The position numbers were made by a program, and so were the translations under genes. The notes below the pieces were generated by a model. The model saw only the letters and a list, made by a program, of their open reading frames with translations. It was not told the origin of the DNA and made no database searches. A DNA stretch of 64,000 nucleotides from an uncultured Actinomycetes bacterium (GTDB lineage Bacteria > Actinomycetota > UBA4738 > HRBIN12): NCBI GenBank assembly GCA_963704725.1, contig OY969934.1, forward strand, positions 1,889,040-1,953,039. The letters are read 5' to 3'. How positions within the stretch are numbered: position 1 is the first letter of the stretch; each line of letters starts with the position of its first letter. Positions 10,230 to 25,371 of this stretch are shown here, piece after piece.

Positions 10230-12213
10230 CTAGCGGTTCGGCGGCATGAACCGCTCGAACCAGCCGACCATCCGCGTGCACAGGTCGATGACGGTGGGGA
10301 AGGCCCGGACGCCGTGGCCCTCCTCGGGGTACAGGACGAGCTCGGTCTCGACGCCGCTCCACCGCAGGGCTCGGAAGAACTCGACGGCCTGCCCCGGCGG
10401 GGTGCACCGGTCCTTCAGCCCGGCGGTGATGAGCGTCGGCGTCCGCACGCGGTCGGCGAACATCACCGGGCTGCGGTCGCGGTACGGGCCCGCGGCGTCC
10501 GTGGGCTCCGCCGCCAGGAAGTCGGCGTCCCACCGTCCGATGTTGCTGTTGAAGTGCTGGCTGTACCAATCGGTCACCGGCGAGACGGCCACCGAGGCGG
10601 CGAACCGCCGGTCGAGCGTCGGCAGCCAGCAGGACATGAACCCGCCGTAGGAGCCGCCGGTGACACCGATGCGTTCGGGATCGGCGACGCCCCGAGCGAC
10701 GAGGGCGTCGATCCCGGCGAGGACGTCGGCCGCGTCCGCGCCGCCCATGTCCCCCACCACCTTCGAGGCGAAGTCCCGGCCGCGACCGGCGGATCCGCGC
10801 GGGTTGGGCATGAACACGGCGTAGCCCCTGGCGACGAGGGGATGCACGGAGTGCCGGGGCCACCGGTTGGTGAACGCCCACACGGGGCCTCCGTGGACGT
10901 TGACGATCAGGGCGTGCGGGCCGGGCCGGTCGGGGAGCAGGAGCAGCCCTTCGATCTCGAGCCCGTCCGGCGCCGTCCAGGTGACCCGCTCCGTGCGTCC
11001 CACCGCGCCGGCCAGGAACCGCGTGCCGTCGTGCTCGAAGCTCGCCACGGTGCGGGTCCGCCCGCCGCGGACCTCGGCGATCGCGGGGGGATGGTCGGAC
11101 GCCTCGAGCACGATGGCGAACGCGTCGCCTTCGACCGGCCGGGCGGACGGGAACCACCCGCCTCCTCCGTCGGTGCTCGTCCAGCGTTCGTCGAAGGCGC
11201 CGGTGGCCGCGTCGACGACGCCGACGACCGTCTCCATCCCCCGGAGCCCGGCGACGAGGGCCCGGTCCCCATCGATCCACGCGACGTCGGACACGTCGAC
11301 CGCTCCCGTGTCGACCCTCACCACGCCGGCGCTCCCCGGGTCGACGAGGAGCAGCGTCCCCGCGACCAGCATGCGATCGCTGCAGAGCGCCTCGATGATC
11401 GCCCCGCGCGATCCCTCCGCGTTCGCCGCCGGAACGCCGAGCTGGACGTCGCTGCGGGCCAGCTCGCGCGCCGAGCCGGTGGCGAGGTCGATCGTCACGA
11501 GCGTGGCGTCGTACCAGGCGTCCTCGCCCGGCGCGTCGGAGACGACGGCCAGCACCGCGTCGGGACCACACCAGGTGGCCTCCCAGACGTTGGCCTTCTC
11601 GCCCGACAGCCGGCGCAGGGTTCCGGACGCGACGTCGAGGACCCACAGCCGGCGCCGGTCGTTCTCGCCGGCCCCGTCCTCGACGGCGGGGACCCACGCG
11701 GGCAGCTCCAGGGCGTCGCTCGTGACGCCGGATCCGGAGGCTCCCGCCTGGTCGGCCCCCAGGCCGGCCGAGCCGAGCAGCAGCCGTGCGCCGTCGGGCG
11801 ACCACGCCAGGGACTCCACGGTCCCCTCGACCTCGGGCAGCGCGTCGGCCTCGCCGATCCGATCGGCGTCCAGGAGGTACGCCTGCATCCGGCCGCGGTT
11901 CCTCCGGTCCGACAGGAACGCGATCCGGCGGCCGTCGGGCGACCATCGGGCGTGGCGGTCGTCGTGGGGTCCGGCCGAGATCTCGCGGAGCTCCCCGCTC
12001 TGCAGGTCGACCAGGCAGATCCGTCCCACCGGCGCCCCTTCGAGCGCGTCCAGGCGATCGCCGGTGAAGGCCGCTCGGCGCCCGTCCGGCGCGATGTCGA
12101 GGTCGACCACACCGGTGACGCGGCCGAACCCGGGCTCGAGGACGCGCCGGAAGTGCTCCTCGAGCTCGCGGTACCGGGCGGTCTGCCGGAGGTCTCGATC
12201 CACCGCCCGAGGA
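10230..12213 (-). CDS. S9 family serine peptidase (prolyl oligopeptidase / acylaminoacyl-peptidase type)
   Basis: GTG start at 12211-12213 (VDRDLRQTARYRELEEHF). Beta-propeller repeats (ARWSPDGRRIAF ... LAWSPDGARLL). C-terminal alpha/beta hydrolase domain with GVTGGSYGGFMS nucleophile elbow, plus Asp and His downstream. Confidence 0.85.
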
Positions 12214-12244
12214 TAGCCCGAGGCGTCCGGCCGGGTCGGCCGGG

Positions 12245-13147
12245 CTAAGGACGATCGGGCCGAGGCGGCGGGGGGAGCACGAGGCGCTCCGGGAGGGGCA
12301 TCGGGGGCATCTCGCCCGTGGCGGGCCCCCGGGCGACGCGCACCGCGATCACCAGTCCGACCAGGAGCGGCGCCACCTTCAGCGCCACGAACGCGGCGGG
12401 CAGGTCCTGGGCCGAGGAGAACGCCCACCCCACCACCCCGATCGTCACGAAGTTCCAGAGGGTGTGGACACCCGTCGCGAACCACACCGACCCGGTCGAG
12501 ACGCGGATCTTGCACAGGAAGACGCCGAACCCGAACAGCACGACGAGCGCCACGGCGATCTGCCCGGGCGGCTCGTTCGCCTGCGCGAGGGCCGGCACGT
12601 GGGCCGCCGCGAACAGAGCGCTCCCCGCGAGCACCGCGGATCGGCCGCCCAGGCGACGCGTCAGGCCGTGCAGGAGGAATCCGCGGAACAGGACCTCCTC
12701 GGTCAGGGCGGCCAGGAAGAGGCCGGTCATGACGAGCCCGATCACGGCCGAGCCTCGGGAGGAGACCTCGGGGATCCCCACCGTCAGCACCGTCGCGAAG
12801 AGGAAGACCCCGAGGGGCACCGTCCCCCAGCGCGTCGCGGTCCCGGGAACCAACCCCGAGGCCCGCCGCCACCCGAGCGTGGCGACGATGGCGAGGGTCA
12901 CCGCCAGCGTGATGGCGCTCGGGACGACGAGCTGCCGCACGACGACCCCCGTGGCCGAGCCGTAGGCCGAGACGTACATGGGCCCTCGCGCGACGGCGGC
13001 GAAGATGGCGAACTCGGCGCCCATGGCCAGGCCGAGCGTGCCGATGACCGCCCAGGTCGAGAGCTCGGTCTCCAGCCGGGGCGCGACGGGCGGCCAGCGG
13101 GGCGACGGCACCGCCCCCGACCGGACCGATCCCGCGACGGCGCCCAT
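12245..13147 (-). CDS. CPBP family intramembrane glutamic endopeptidase (CAAX protease / Abi)
   Basis: Multi-TM protein with the EEVLFRGFL motif and downstream FAAAH. True start may be internal. Confidence 0.7.
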   Translation of the reverse strand: MGAVAGSVRSGAVPSPRWPPVAPRLETELSTWAVIGTLGLAMGAEFAIFAAVARGPMYVSAYGSATGVVVRQLVVPSAITLAVTLAIVATLGWRRASGLVPGTATRWGTVPLGVFLFATVLTVGIPEVSSRGSAVIGLVMTGLFLAALTEEVLFRGFLLHGLTRRLGGRSAVLAGSALFAAAHVPALAQANEPPGQIAVALVVLFGFGVFLCKIRVSTGSVWFATGVHTLWNFVTIGVVGWAFSSAQDLPAAFVALKVAPLLVGLVIAVRVARGPATGEMPPMPLPERLVLPPPPRPDRP

Positions 13148-13234
13148 GGCTCAGGCATCGGCCGGGCGCGGGGGGCGCTTGACCCCGGGCGGGGCCCCGC
13201 CGGGCCTTGTCGGAGGCCCCCGTAGAATGCCCCC

Positions 13235-16099
13235 GTGGGCACCGACACGCTCGTGATCCACGGCGCCCGTGAACACAACCTCAGGAACGTCACGCTCGAG
13301 CTTCCCCGCGACAAACTGATCGTGTTCACGGGTCTGTCCGGCTCCGGGAAGAGCTCGCTCGCCTTCGACACGATCTACGCGGAGGGGCAGCGACGCTACG
13401 TGGAGTCGCTGTCGGCCTACGCCCGGCAGTTCCTGGGGCAGATGGAGAAGCCCGACGTCGACTTCATCGAGGGCCTCTCGCCGGCGATCTCGATCGACCA
13501 GAAGTCGACCTCCAAGAACCCCCGGTCCACCGTGGGCACGATCACCGAGATCTACGACTACCTGCGGGTGCTGTACGCGAGGATCGGCCACCCGCACTGC
13601 CCGAAGTGCGGCCGACCCATCGGACGCCAGACGCCCGAGCAGATCGTCGATCAGGTCATGCAGCTCCCGGAGGGGACGCGGTTCCAGGTCCTCGCACCGG
13701 TCGTCCGGGGCCGCAAGGGCGAGTACGAGAAGCTGCTGCAGGATCTGGCCAAGAAGGGCTTCGTGCGCGCCCGGGTCGACGGCGAGGTGCGCGACCTGTC
13801 CGAGATGATCCGCCTCCCGCGGAACTACAAGCACACGATCGAGGTCGTGGTGGACCGTCTGGTCGCCAAGCCCGACATCCGCCGGCGCGTCGCCGACTCG
13901 ATCGAAGCGGCGCTCCGCCTGACCGAGGGGATGGCCTCGATCGCCGTGCAGACGCACGAGGGCGAGGACGTCCAGACCTTCAGCCAGTCGCTCGCCTGCA
14001 CGTACGACGGGCTTAGCTTCGAGGAGCTGCAGCCCAGGAACTTCTCGTTCAACTCGCCGTACGGGGCCTGCCCGACCTGCGACGGCCTGGGGACCCGGCT
14101 CGAGGTCGACGCGGAGCTCGTCGTGCCCGATCCCGACCTGTCGATCGAGGACGGCGCGATCGCCCCGTGGGCCGGCTCGCGCCTGGAGTACTGGTACCGC
14201 GTGCTCGAGGCCGTGGCCGAGGCCCACGGGTTCTCCATGCGGACGCCGTGGAAGAAGCTGTCGAAGAAGGCCCGGGACGTCCTGCTCCTCGGCTCGGAGG
14301 AGGAGATCTACGTCCGGTACAAGAACCGGTACGGGCGGACGCGCTCCTACTGGACGACCTACGAGGGGGTCCTGCCCGCCACCTCGCGCCGGCACGCCGA
14401 GACCGACTCGGACAGCCAGCGGGAGAAGCTCGAGCAGTTCATGCGGGAGGTGCCGTGCCGATCGTGCGGCGGCGCCAGGCTGAAGCCGGAGACCCTCGCG
14501 GTGACCGTGGGCGACCGCAACATCGCGCAGCTCACGAACCTGTCGATCCGCGACACGCTGGCCTTCACGGCCACGGTCCAGCTCACCGAGCGCGAGCACA
14601 TGATCGCCGAGCGCCTGATCAAGGAGATCCGCGAGCGCCTGCAGTTCCTGGTCGACGTGGGGCTCGACTACCTGACCCTGTCGCGGGCCTCGGGCACCCT
14701 GGCCGGGGGGGAAGCTCAACGCATCCGCCTGGCCACGCAGATCGGGAGCGGGCTCGTCGGCGTCCTGTACATCCTCGACGAGCCGTCGATCGGGCTGCAC
14801 CAGCGGGACAACCGCCGGTTGATCGACACGCTCGTCCGCCTGCGGGACCTGGGGAACACGCTCATCGTCGTCGAGCACGACGAGGCGACGATCGAGGCGG
14901 CCGACCACATCGTCGACATCGGCCCGGGGGCCGGGGCCGCCGGGGGCGAGATCGTCTACACGGGGAACCTCAAGGGCCTGCTCGAGAGCGAGACCTCGCT
15001 CACCGGCATGTTCCTGTCCGGCCGCCGGGTCATCCCGACGCCCGAGGTCCGTCGGGCCCCGGGTGACCGGTGGCTGAAGGTGCTCGGCGCCCGCCAGCAC
15101 AACCTCAAGAACGTGGACCTGCAGATCCCGCTCGGCCTGTTCGTGTGCATCACCGGCGTGAGCGGCTCGGGCAAATCGACGCTGGTGCAGGAGGTGCTGC
15201 TCCGGGCGCTGATGCAGAAGGTCTACCGGTCGCGAGCGTTGCCCGGGAAGCACCGCCGGCTGGTGGGGTGGGAGCGGATCGACAAGGTGATCGACATCGA
15301 CCAGTCGCCGATCGGGCGAACGCCGCGGTCCAACCCCGCCACCTACACCGGGGTGTTCGATCACGTCCGGACGCTGTTCAGCCAGGTGCCCGAGGCCCGG
15401 GTCCGCGGCTACCAGCCGGGCCGGTTCTCGTTCAACGTCCGCGGCGGGCGGTGCGAGAACTGCGCGGGCGACGGCCAGATCAAGATCGAGATGCACTTCC
15501 TGCCCGACGTGTACGTCACGTGCGAGGTGTGCAAGGGCCACCGCTACAACCGCGAGACCCTCGAGGTGCGGTACAAGAACCGTTCGATCGCCGACGTCCT
15601 CGAGATGAGCGTCGACGAGGGGCTCGAGTTCTTCCGGAACATCCCGGTGATCAATCGACACCTGCAGACGCTCTCGGACGTCGGGCTGGGGTACGTGAAG
15701 CTCGGACAGCCCGCTCCCACGCTCTCGGGAGGCGAGGCCCAGCGGATCAAGCTCTCGTCCGAGCTGCAGAAGCGGGCCACCGGCAACACGCTCTACGTCC
15801 TGGACGAGCCCACGACCGGGTTGCACTTCGAGGACGTCCGCAAGCTGCTGAACGTCCTGCAGCGGCTGGTCTCGCAGGGCAACACCGTCCTCGTGATCGA
15901 GCACAACCTCGACGTGGTGAAGACGGCGGACTGGATCGTCGACCTCGGCCCCGAGGGCGGCGACGGAGGCGGCGAGGTCGTCGTCGCCGGCCCGCCCGAG
16001 GAGGTTGCGGCGCATCCGACGTCGCACACGGGCCGGTTCCTCGGGGAGGTGCTCGGCACCCTGCCGTTCGAGCCGGTCGGCGCCCGCCGAGACGCCTAG
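13235..16099 (+). CDS. uvrA: Excinuclease ABC subunit A
   Basis: 954 aa with two ABC ATPase modules ([14 protein letters not shown] and [11 protein letters not shown]), zinc-finger cysteines ([25 protein letters not shown] ... CEVCKG) and two LSGGEAQRI signatures. Confidence 0.95.
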   Translation: MGTDTLVIHGAREHNLRNVTLELPRDKLIVFTGLSGSGKSSLAFDTIYAEGQRRYVESLSAYARQFLGQMEKPDVDFIEGLSPAISIDQKSTSKNPRSTVGTITEIYDYLRVLYARIGHPHCPKCGRPIGRQTPEQIVDQVMQLPEGTRFQVLAPVVRGRKGEYEKLLQDLAKKGFVRARVDGEVRDLSEMIRLPRNYKHTIEVVVDRLVAKPDIRRRVADSIEAALRLTEGMASIAVQTHEGEDVQTFSQSLACTYDGLSFEELQPRNFSFNSPYGACPTCDGLGTRLEVDAELVVPDPDLSIEDGAIAPWAGSRLEYWYRVLEAVAEAHGFSMRTPWKKLSKKARDVLLLGSEEEIYVRYKNRYGRTRSYWTTYEGVLPATSRRHAETDSDSQREKLEQFMREVPCRSCGGARLKPETLAVTVGDRNIAQLTNLSIRDTLAFTATVQLTEREHMIAERLIKEIRERLQFLVDVGLDYLTLSRASGTLAGGEAQRIRLATQIGSGLVGVLYILDEPSIGLHQRDNRRLIDTLVRLRDLGNTLIVVEHDEATIEAADHIVDIGPGAGAAGGEIVYTGNLKGLLESETSLTGMFLSGRRVIPTPEVRRAPGDRWLKVLGARQHNLKNVDLQIPLGLFVCITGVSGSGKSTLVQEVLLRALMQKVYRSRALPGKHRRLVGWERIDKVIDIDQSPIGRTPRSNPATYTGVFDHVRTLFSQVPEARVRGYQPGRFSFNVRGGRCENCAGDGQIKIEMHFLPDVYVTCEVCKGHRYNRETLEVRYKNRSIADVLEMSVDEGLEFFRNIPVINRHLQTLSDVGLGYVKLGQPAPTLSGGEAQRIKLSSELQKRATGNTLYVLDEPTTGLHFEDVRKLLNVLQRLVSQGNTVLVIEHNLDVVKTADWIVDLGPEGGDGGGEVVVAGPPEEVAAHPTSHTGRFLGEVLGTLPFEPVGARRDA

Positions 16100-16105
16100 G
16101 CCCGC

Positions 16106-18121
16106 GTGCGCTCGTGCCGCAGGGTCCTTGCTAGGATTGCGCCCCGCATGCTCACGAAGCTGCTGCCGCTCGCCTTCATCGTCGCGCTCGCGGCGGCAGG
16201 GTGCGCCAATCCGCCCAATCCGGAGCCCGACTTCGGGTCGGGGCAGCGCTTCGTGACGTTCGTGGCCGACCCCCTGAACAACGCCGGCGTCGATCCCTCG
16301 GTCGTGGTGAACGGGGACGGGCTCCCCATCGCCGCCTACTTCGCGTTCGAGGAGGAGACGGCGGAGGGCGTCCTGCCGGCGGCTCGACCGGTCCTGGCAC
16401 CGACGCTGCCGGGGGTCCTGATGGCCGCGCTGAGCTCGGACGGGATCTGGACGCGTGGGGCGATGGCGCTCCAGGCGAAGATCCCCAACGTCGCCGTCCC
16501 GTTCAGCCCCGGGTTCGACGACTCGATCGGGACGCTGAAGGCGGACAACGTCACCGGCCTGCAGGTCGTGGCCGACGGCGACACGCTGCACGCGGTGTGG
16601 GGCTCGGCGCGGGGGACGTACTACGCCACCGGCTCGGCCGATCCCGCCTCCACCACGCAGTTCTCCGTCGAGCAGGTCTCGGGCACGCCCCCGGTCGGCC
16701 CCTCGATCGCGATCGTGAACGGCCAACCCCTGATCGCCTTCTCCACCTCGACCTCCAGCGTGGCGTCGGTCGACGTCGCGACCCCGAGCGGCTCGGGCTG
16801 GCAGGTCGACTCGATCGCCGACGTGGCCGGATGCGCCGCCTGCCGGACCGCGGTCATCGCGGCGAACGGGGGCCCGGCCGTGGCCTACACCGACGCCTCG
16901 GGCGGCGTGTCGGTGGCGACGAACGACGGCGAGAACGGATGGGTGAGCTTCGCGGTCGGACAGAGCGGCGGCGAGGGGCTCTCCGGGACGGCGACCGGCG
17001 ACGGCATCGCGCTGTCCTACTACGACGGCGATCGGGTGATCGTGGCCACGGGGTCGTCGACCGGCCCGTTCGATTCGGCCCCGGCCGCCACCGTGACCGC
17101 GGACTCGGCGGCCTCGGCCGGAGCCTCGACGTCGATCGCGGCCGACGACCAGGGGACCCTATGGGTGGGGTGGGTCGACGGCGGCCGGGGCGTGGGTCTC
17201 GCGTCGGGAGACGGGTCGCAGTTCACCGCGGTCGAGACCGGCTCGGACACCGAGAACGGCTCGATGCCGTCGGTCTCGGTGACGCCGGACGGATCGACCG
17301 CCTACGTGGCCTGGTACGACTCGGAGAACCAGGACCTGCTGGTCGGCGCGGAGGGGGACGTGTCGGGCCTGGCCATCGCCGCCCCCAGCCCCGAGCCGAG
17401 CGGACAGCCGAGCGCGGCGCCGTCGGGCACGGAGAACTGCCGGGAGGCGCAGAACGGGGCCGTCGACATCGTGGCTCAGGGCATCGCGTTCGACACGCCC
17501 TGCGTGAACGTCCCGGCGGGCCAGGCCATCACGATCCGCTTCGACAACAAGGACTCGGGGACACCGCACAACGTCCAGATCTATCCGAGCGCCGACCAGA
17601 TCTCTGCGGACGCCGCCCTCACCCAGGACGACATCATCACGGGCCCGGACACCACCGAGTACCAGGTCCCCGCCCTCGACGCCGGCACCTACTACTTCCA
17701 GTGCGACGTCCACCCCACGATGAACGGGACCTGGAACGTCGGAGGCGGCGGTGCGACCGGGGCGACCGGCGCGACCGGGGCGAGCGGCGCCGGCGGGGCG
17801 ACCGGCGCGACCGGAGCGAGCGGCGGTACCGGGGGCGGTGGCGCCATCACGGTCACGGCGATGAACCTCGCTTTCGACACCGACACGATCCACCTGCCCG
17901 CCAACACGGAAGTCACGATCACGTTCGACAACCAGGACGCCGCGACCCAGCACAACATCGCCATCTACACCGACAGCTCGGCCACGGAGAACCTGTTCAG
18001 GGGCGACCTGCTGACCGGTCCGGGGACGATCGACTACACGATCCCGGCGCTCGACCCCGGCACCTACTATTTCCGGTGCGACGTCCATCCCACGATGAAC
18101 GGGACCGTCGTCGTCGGATGA
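16106..18121 (+). CDS. Secreted lipoprotein with an N-terminal repeat (beta-propeller-like) region and two C-terminal cupredoxin (type-1 copper) domains
   Basis: Signal/lipobox LAFIVALAAAGCANP (alternative ATG at 16148). Roughly 50-aa repeats carry a recurring hydrophobic-x-Y/W-x-D motif (PAVAYTD, IALSYYD, LWVGWVD, AYVAWYD). Two plastocyanin-like modules each hold H..C..H..M ligands (TPHNVQIY ... YYFQCDVHPTMNGT and TQHNIAIY ... YYFRCDVHPTMNGT). They are separated by the G/A/T-rich linker GATGATGASGAGGATGATGASGGTGGGG. Confidence 0.7.
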   Translation: MRSCRRVLARIAPRMLTKLLPLAFIVALAAAGCANPPNPEPDFGSGQRFVTFVADPLNNAGVDPSVVVNGDGLPIAAYFAFEEETAEGVLPAARPVLAPTLPGVLMAALSSDGIWTRGAMALQAKIPNVAVPFSPGFDDSIGTLKADNVTGLQVVADGDTLHAVWGSARGTYYATGSADPASTTQFSVEQVSGTPPVGPSIAIVNGQPLIAFSTSTSSVASVDVATPSGSGWQVDSIADVAGCAACRTAVIAANGGPAVAYTDASGGVSVATNDGENGWVSFAVGQSGGEGLSGTATGDGIALSYYDGDRVIVATGSSTGPFDSAPAATVTADSAASAGASTSIAADDQGTLWVGWVDGGRGVGLASGDGSQFTAVETGSDTENGSMPSVSVTPDGSTAYVAWYDSENQDLLVGAEGDVSGLAIAAPSPEPSGQPSAAPSGTENCREAQNGAVDIVAQGIAFDTPCVNVPAGQAITIRFDNKDSGTPHNVQIYPSADQISADAALTQDDIITGPDTTEYQVPALDAGTYYFQCDVHPTMNGTWNVGGGGATGATGATGASGAGGATGATGASGGTGGGGAITVTAMNLAFDTDTIHLPANTEVTITFDNQDAATQHNIAIYTDSSATENLFRGDLLTGPGTIDYTIPALDPGTYYFRCDVHPTMNGTVVVG

Positions 18122-18185
18122 CCCCGGTCCGCCTCGGCCCCAAGCGTTCCCGGTAGTCGCAGACCCCCGCGCTACGATTGAGCGC

Positions 18186-22116
<3,931 letters not shown>

Positions 22117-22132
22117 GGGCGTCGAACCGCCG

Positions 22133-23338
22133 ATGAGGATCCGCACGCTCGACCAGCTCGGCGACGTCGCCGGCAAGCGCGTCTTCGTTCGGGTGGACCA
22201 CAACGTCCCCCTGAAGGACGGCGTGGTGACCGACGACGCCAGGATCCGGGCGAGCCTGCCGACGATCCGGGAGCTTCTGGAGGGGGGCGCCTCGGTCGTC
22301 GCCGCGTCGCATCTCGGCCGGCCGAAGGGCCAGGTGAGAGAGGAGCTCCGGATGGCGCCGGTGGCGGCCCGCCTCGGCGAGCTGCTCGGTCGCGAGGTCC
22401 GGGCCCTGGGCGAGATCGTCGGGGATGCCGCCGAGGCGGCGTGCTCCGCCCTCGCGCCCGGCGAGGTGCTGATGCTCGAGAACCTCCGGTTCGATCCGCG
22501 GGAGGAGACGAACGACCAGGAGCTCGCCGCAGGGCTGGCCGCGCTCGCCGACGTGTACGTCGACGACGCGTTCGGCGCGGTCCATCGCGCGCATGCATCG
22601 GTCGCCGCGATGCCCGAGCGGTTCCTCCAACAGGGCCGGCCGGCGGTGGCCGGCCGGCTGCTTCAGCGGGAGGTCGAGGCGCTGTCCCGCCTCCTCGCGG
22701 ATCCGGATCGCCCCTATGTGGCCGTCCTCGGAGGAGCCAAGGTGTCCGACAAGCTCGCCACGATCGGCGCGCTCGTGGAGCGGGTCGACGCCGTCCTGAT
22801 CGGCGGGGCGATGGCGTTCACGTTCCTCGCCGCCGAGGGCGGGGAGATCGGCGACAGCCTCGTCGAGCCGGACCGCTTCGACGACGTCCGGTCCGCGCGG
22901 GCCCGGGCCGCCGAACGCGGCGTCCTGATCCAGCTCCCCGAGGACGTGGTGGCAGCGGCGGAGGCGACCGTGGAGGCCCGGCGCGAGACCGTGCCTGCGA
23001 GCGCGATCCCGAGGGGGTTGAAGGGGCTCGACATCGGCCCCCGGACCGTGGAGGAGTTCGCGCGCACCATCGCGGACGCCAAGACGATCCTGTGGAACGG
23101 GCCGATGGGCGTGTTCGAGCTGGAGCCGTTCGGCGCGGGGACGCGGGGCGTGGCGACGGCGATCGCCGGCGCCAGCGGCTTCAGCGTGGCCGGCGGCGGC
23201 GACAGCCTGGCCGCCGTCAAGCGATACGGCCTGGGGGACGGGTTCGACCATCTGTCCACGGGCGGCGGCGCGTCCCTGGAGTTCCTCGAGGGCCGATCGC
23301 TCCCCGGCATCGCCGTGCTCGAGGTGGGCGACCGATGA
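22133..23338 (+). CDS. pgk: Phosphoglycerate kinase
   Basis: 401 aa (RVDHNVPL ... TILWNGPMGVFE ... GGGDS ... STGGGASLEFLEG). Confidence 0.95.
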   Translation: MRIRTLDQLGDVAGKRVFVRVDHNVPLKDGVVTDDARIRASLPTIRELLEGGASVVAASHLGRPKGQVREELRMAPVAARLGELLGREVRALGEIVGDAAEAACSALAPGEVLMLENLRFDPREETNDQELAAGLAALADVYVDDAFGAVHRAHASVAAMPERFLQQGRPAVAGRLLQREVEALSRLLADPDRPYVAVLGGAKVSDKLATIGALVERVDAVLIGGAMAFTFLAAEGGEIGDSLVEPDRFDDVRSARARAAERGVLIQLPEDVVAAAEATVEARRETVPASAIPRGLKGLDIGPRTVEEFARTIADAKTILWNGPMGVFELEPFGAGTRGVATAIAGASGFSVAGGGDSLAAVKRYGLGDGFDHLSTGGGASLEFLEGRSLPGIAVLEVGDR

Positions 23339-24105
23339 CGGATCGTCGCCCGATCGTCGCGGCCAACTGGAAGATGCACAAGACCCACCTGGAGGCTATC
23401 CAGGCGGTCCAGAAGCTCTCCTACCTGCTCGACGAGTCGGACGCCGAACGCGTCGAGGTCGTGATCTGCCCCGCGTTCACGGCCCTGCGGTCGATCGAGA
23501 CCCTCCTGCAGAGCGACCGGCTCCCGTACGGGCTGGGGGCCCAGGACGTCCACTGGGAGGACAAGGGGGCGTTCACGGGGGAGGTCTCGCCCGGGATGCT
23601 CGAGGCCCTGCGCGTGGCGTACGTGATCGTGGGTCACTCCGAGCGGCGCGAGCACTTCGGCGAGACGGACGAGATCGTCAACCGCAAGGTTCGGGCCGTG
23701 TTCGCACACCGGATGACGCCGATCCTGTGCGTGGGGGAGACCGTCCAGGAGCGGGACGTCGGCGCGACCGAGGACAAGGTGACCCGGCAGGTCCGCGACG
23801 GCCTGCAGGGTGTGCCCGCGGAGGACGCGGCCCGGCTGGTGGTGGCCTACGAGCCCATCTGGGCCATCGGCACCGGCCGCAACGCGGAGGCCGCCGACGC
23901 CGGGCAGGTCGTGGAGCTGATCCGGCGCACGCTCGGCACGCTCTACTCGACCGACGTGGCCGGCGCCGCGCGGATCCAGTACGGCGGGAGTGTGAAGCCC
24001 GGCAACATCCGCGAGTTCATGGCGCATCCCGAGATCGACGGGGCCCTGGTCGGCGGGGCCAGCCTCGATCCGGAGGAGCTCGCGCTGATCGTGAAGTACC
24101 GGTGA
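23335..24105 (+). CDS. tpiA: Triosephosphate isomerase
   Basis: ATG overlapping the pgk stop (IVAANWKMHKT, VIVGHSERR, AYEPIWAIGTG, IQYGGSV). Confidence 0.95.
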   Translation: MTDRRPIVAANWKMHKTHLEAIQAVQKLSYLLDESDAERVEVVICPAFTALRSIETLLQSDRLPYGLGAQDVHWEDKGAFTGEVSPGMLEALRVAYVIVGHSERREHFGETDEIVNRKVRAVFAHRMTPILCVGETVQERDVGATEDKVTRQVRDGLQGVPAEDAARLVVAYEPIWAIGTGRNAEAADAGQVVELIRRTLGTLYSTDVAGAARIQYGGSVKPGNIREFMAHPEIDGALVGGASLDPEELALIVKYR

Positions 24106-24259
24106 CGTTCCGGGGGGTGGGGCCCTGCCGGGACGTCAATCCACCCCGGCCGGGGGGGTCGTATACAGGGGCGATGCCGGCGGCGGGTCTGGCTTGTGGT
24201 CTGGAGTCTCCTGACCTAGAGTTCGCCCAGCCGAGGCGTCGGGGGGCATCGGGGAAGCG

Positions 24260-25243
24260 ATGAGCCAGGTCACCGAGGAGCAGGTCGAGGCAGCCGAAGA
24301 GCTCGGCATCGAGCCGAGCAGCCAGATCATCGGCCGCTCCCCCTGGCAGATCTTCTGGACGCGTTTCCGTCGGGACAAGGTGGCCGTCGTCGGCGCGATC
24401 TTCATCGTCGTCCTGGCGATCATCGCCATCCTCGCCCCCCTCATCTCCAAGTGGGTGGGTCACGGACCCAATCAGCTGTTCAGCGAGACCCTGAGCGAGA
24501 TCGGGCTCCCGAACGAGGGCCCGGGGAAGGCCTTCTTCTTCGGGGTCGACACCTCGGGCCGCGACGTGTTCGTCCGCACCGTCTACGGCGCTCGCACATC
24601 GCTGACCGTCGCCCTGCTCGCTACGGGCTTCGCCATCTCGATCGGGATCATCATGGGGTCGCTCGCCGGCTTCTACGGCAAGTGGGTCGACACGCTGATC
24701 TCGCGCGTGATCGACCTCGTGCTCTCGCTCCCGGTCCTGCTTCTTTCGATCGGCATCGCGGCCACGTGCTCGGTCACCGCGGAGGGATGCCTGAACGGGC
24801 TGATCCAGCCGGGCATCACGCTGGTGACCTTCATCATCGCCCTGTTCACGTGGCCCTACATCGCCAGGATCGTTCGAGGGCAGGTGCTCTCCCTGCGCGA
24901 GAAGGAGTTCATCGAGTCGGCCCGATCGCTGGGATCCGGCGGCGTGCGCATCATGTTCCGCGAGATCCTGCCCAACCTCGCCGCGCCGCTGATCGTGTAC
25001 GGCACCCTGATCATCCCGGCGAACATCCTGTTCGAGGCGTCGCTCTCGTTCCTCGGCGTGGGCATCCCGCCCGAGACGCCCTCGTGGGGCCGGATGATCG
25101 CCGACGGCGCAGGCAACCAGCTCTACACGGTCGCCTGGTGGATGCTCGTGTTCCCCGGGATGGCGCTCGTGCTGACGACGCTCACGTTCAACCTCGTGGG
25201 GGACGGGCTCCGGGACGCGCTCGATCCTCGGACCCAGGGTTGA
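24260..25243 (+). CDS. Peptide/nickel ABC transporter permease (DppC/OppC-like)
   Basis: 327 aa, 6 TM, N-terminal extension typical of DppC and an EAA-type loop (ESARSLGSGGVRIMFREILPN). Confidence 0.8.
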   Translation: MSQVTEEQVEAAEELGIEPSSQIIGRSPWQIFWTRFRRDKVAVVGAIFIVVLAIIAILAPLISKWVGHGPNQLFSETLSEIGLPNEGPGKAFFFGVDTSGRDVFVRTVYGARTSLTVALLATGFAISIGIIMGSLAGFYGKWVDTLISRVIDLVLSLPVLLLSIGIAATCSVTAEGCLNGLIQPGITLVTFIIALFTWPYIARIVRGQVLSLREKEFIESARSLGSGGVRIMFREILPNLAAPLIVYGTLIIPANILFEASLSFLGVGIPPETPSWGRMIADGAGNQLYTVAWWMLVFPGMALVLTTLTFNLVGDGLRDALDPRTQG

Positions 25244-25371
25244 CCGTACGTACCGTTAGGCGAAGACCGGAAAGGAGGCCAGAGGGGGGGCGGTGCCGGC
25301 AACGCGCGATGGCGCGTGCCTGCGTCCTGCGGTTTCTGAACGCGTGCTCGACACAAATCAGGAGGTGAAGG

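Noticed and set aside
9907-11946. 679-aa ORF suggesting a large protein downstream of the S9 peptidase
   Set aside because: Only the last 103 codons (ATG at 10214-10216) look protein-like. The rest is Arg/Gly/Pro-rich read-through antisense to nothing recognisable and overlaps the real peptidase frame. Called as a 103-aa gene instead.
24106-24259. G-rich imperfect hairpin (GGGGTGG ... CCACCCC) between tpiA and the dpp permease as a possible intrinsic terminator
   Set aside because: There is no U-tract, and the stem is interrupted and embedded in a G-run. It cannot be distinguished from chance in 72% GC DNA. Mentioned only within the dpp finding.
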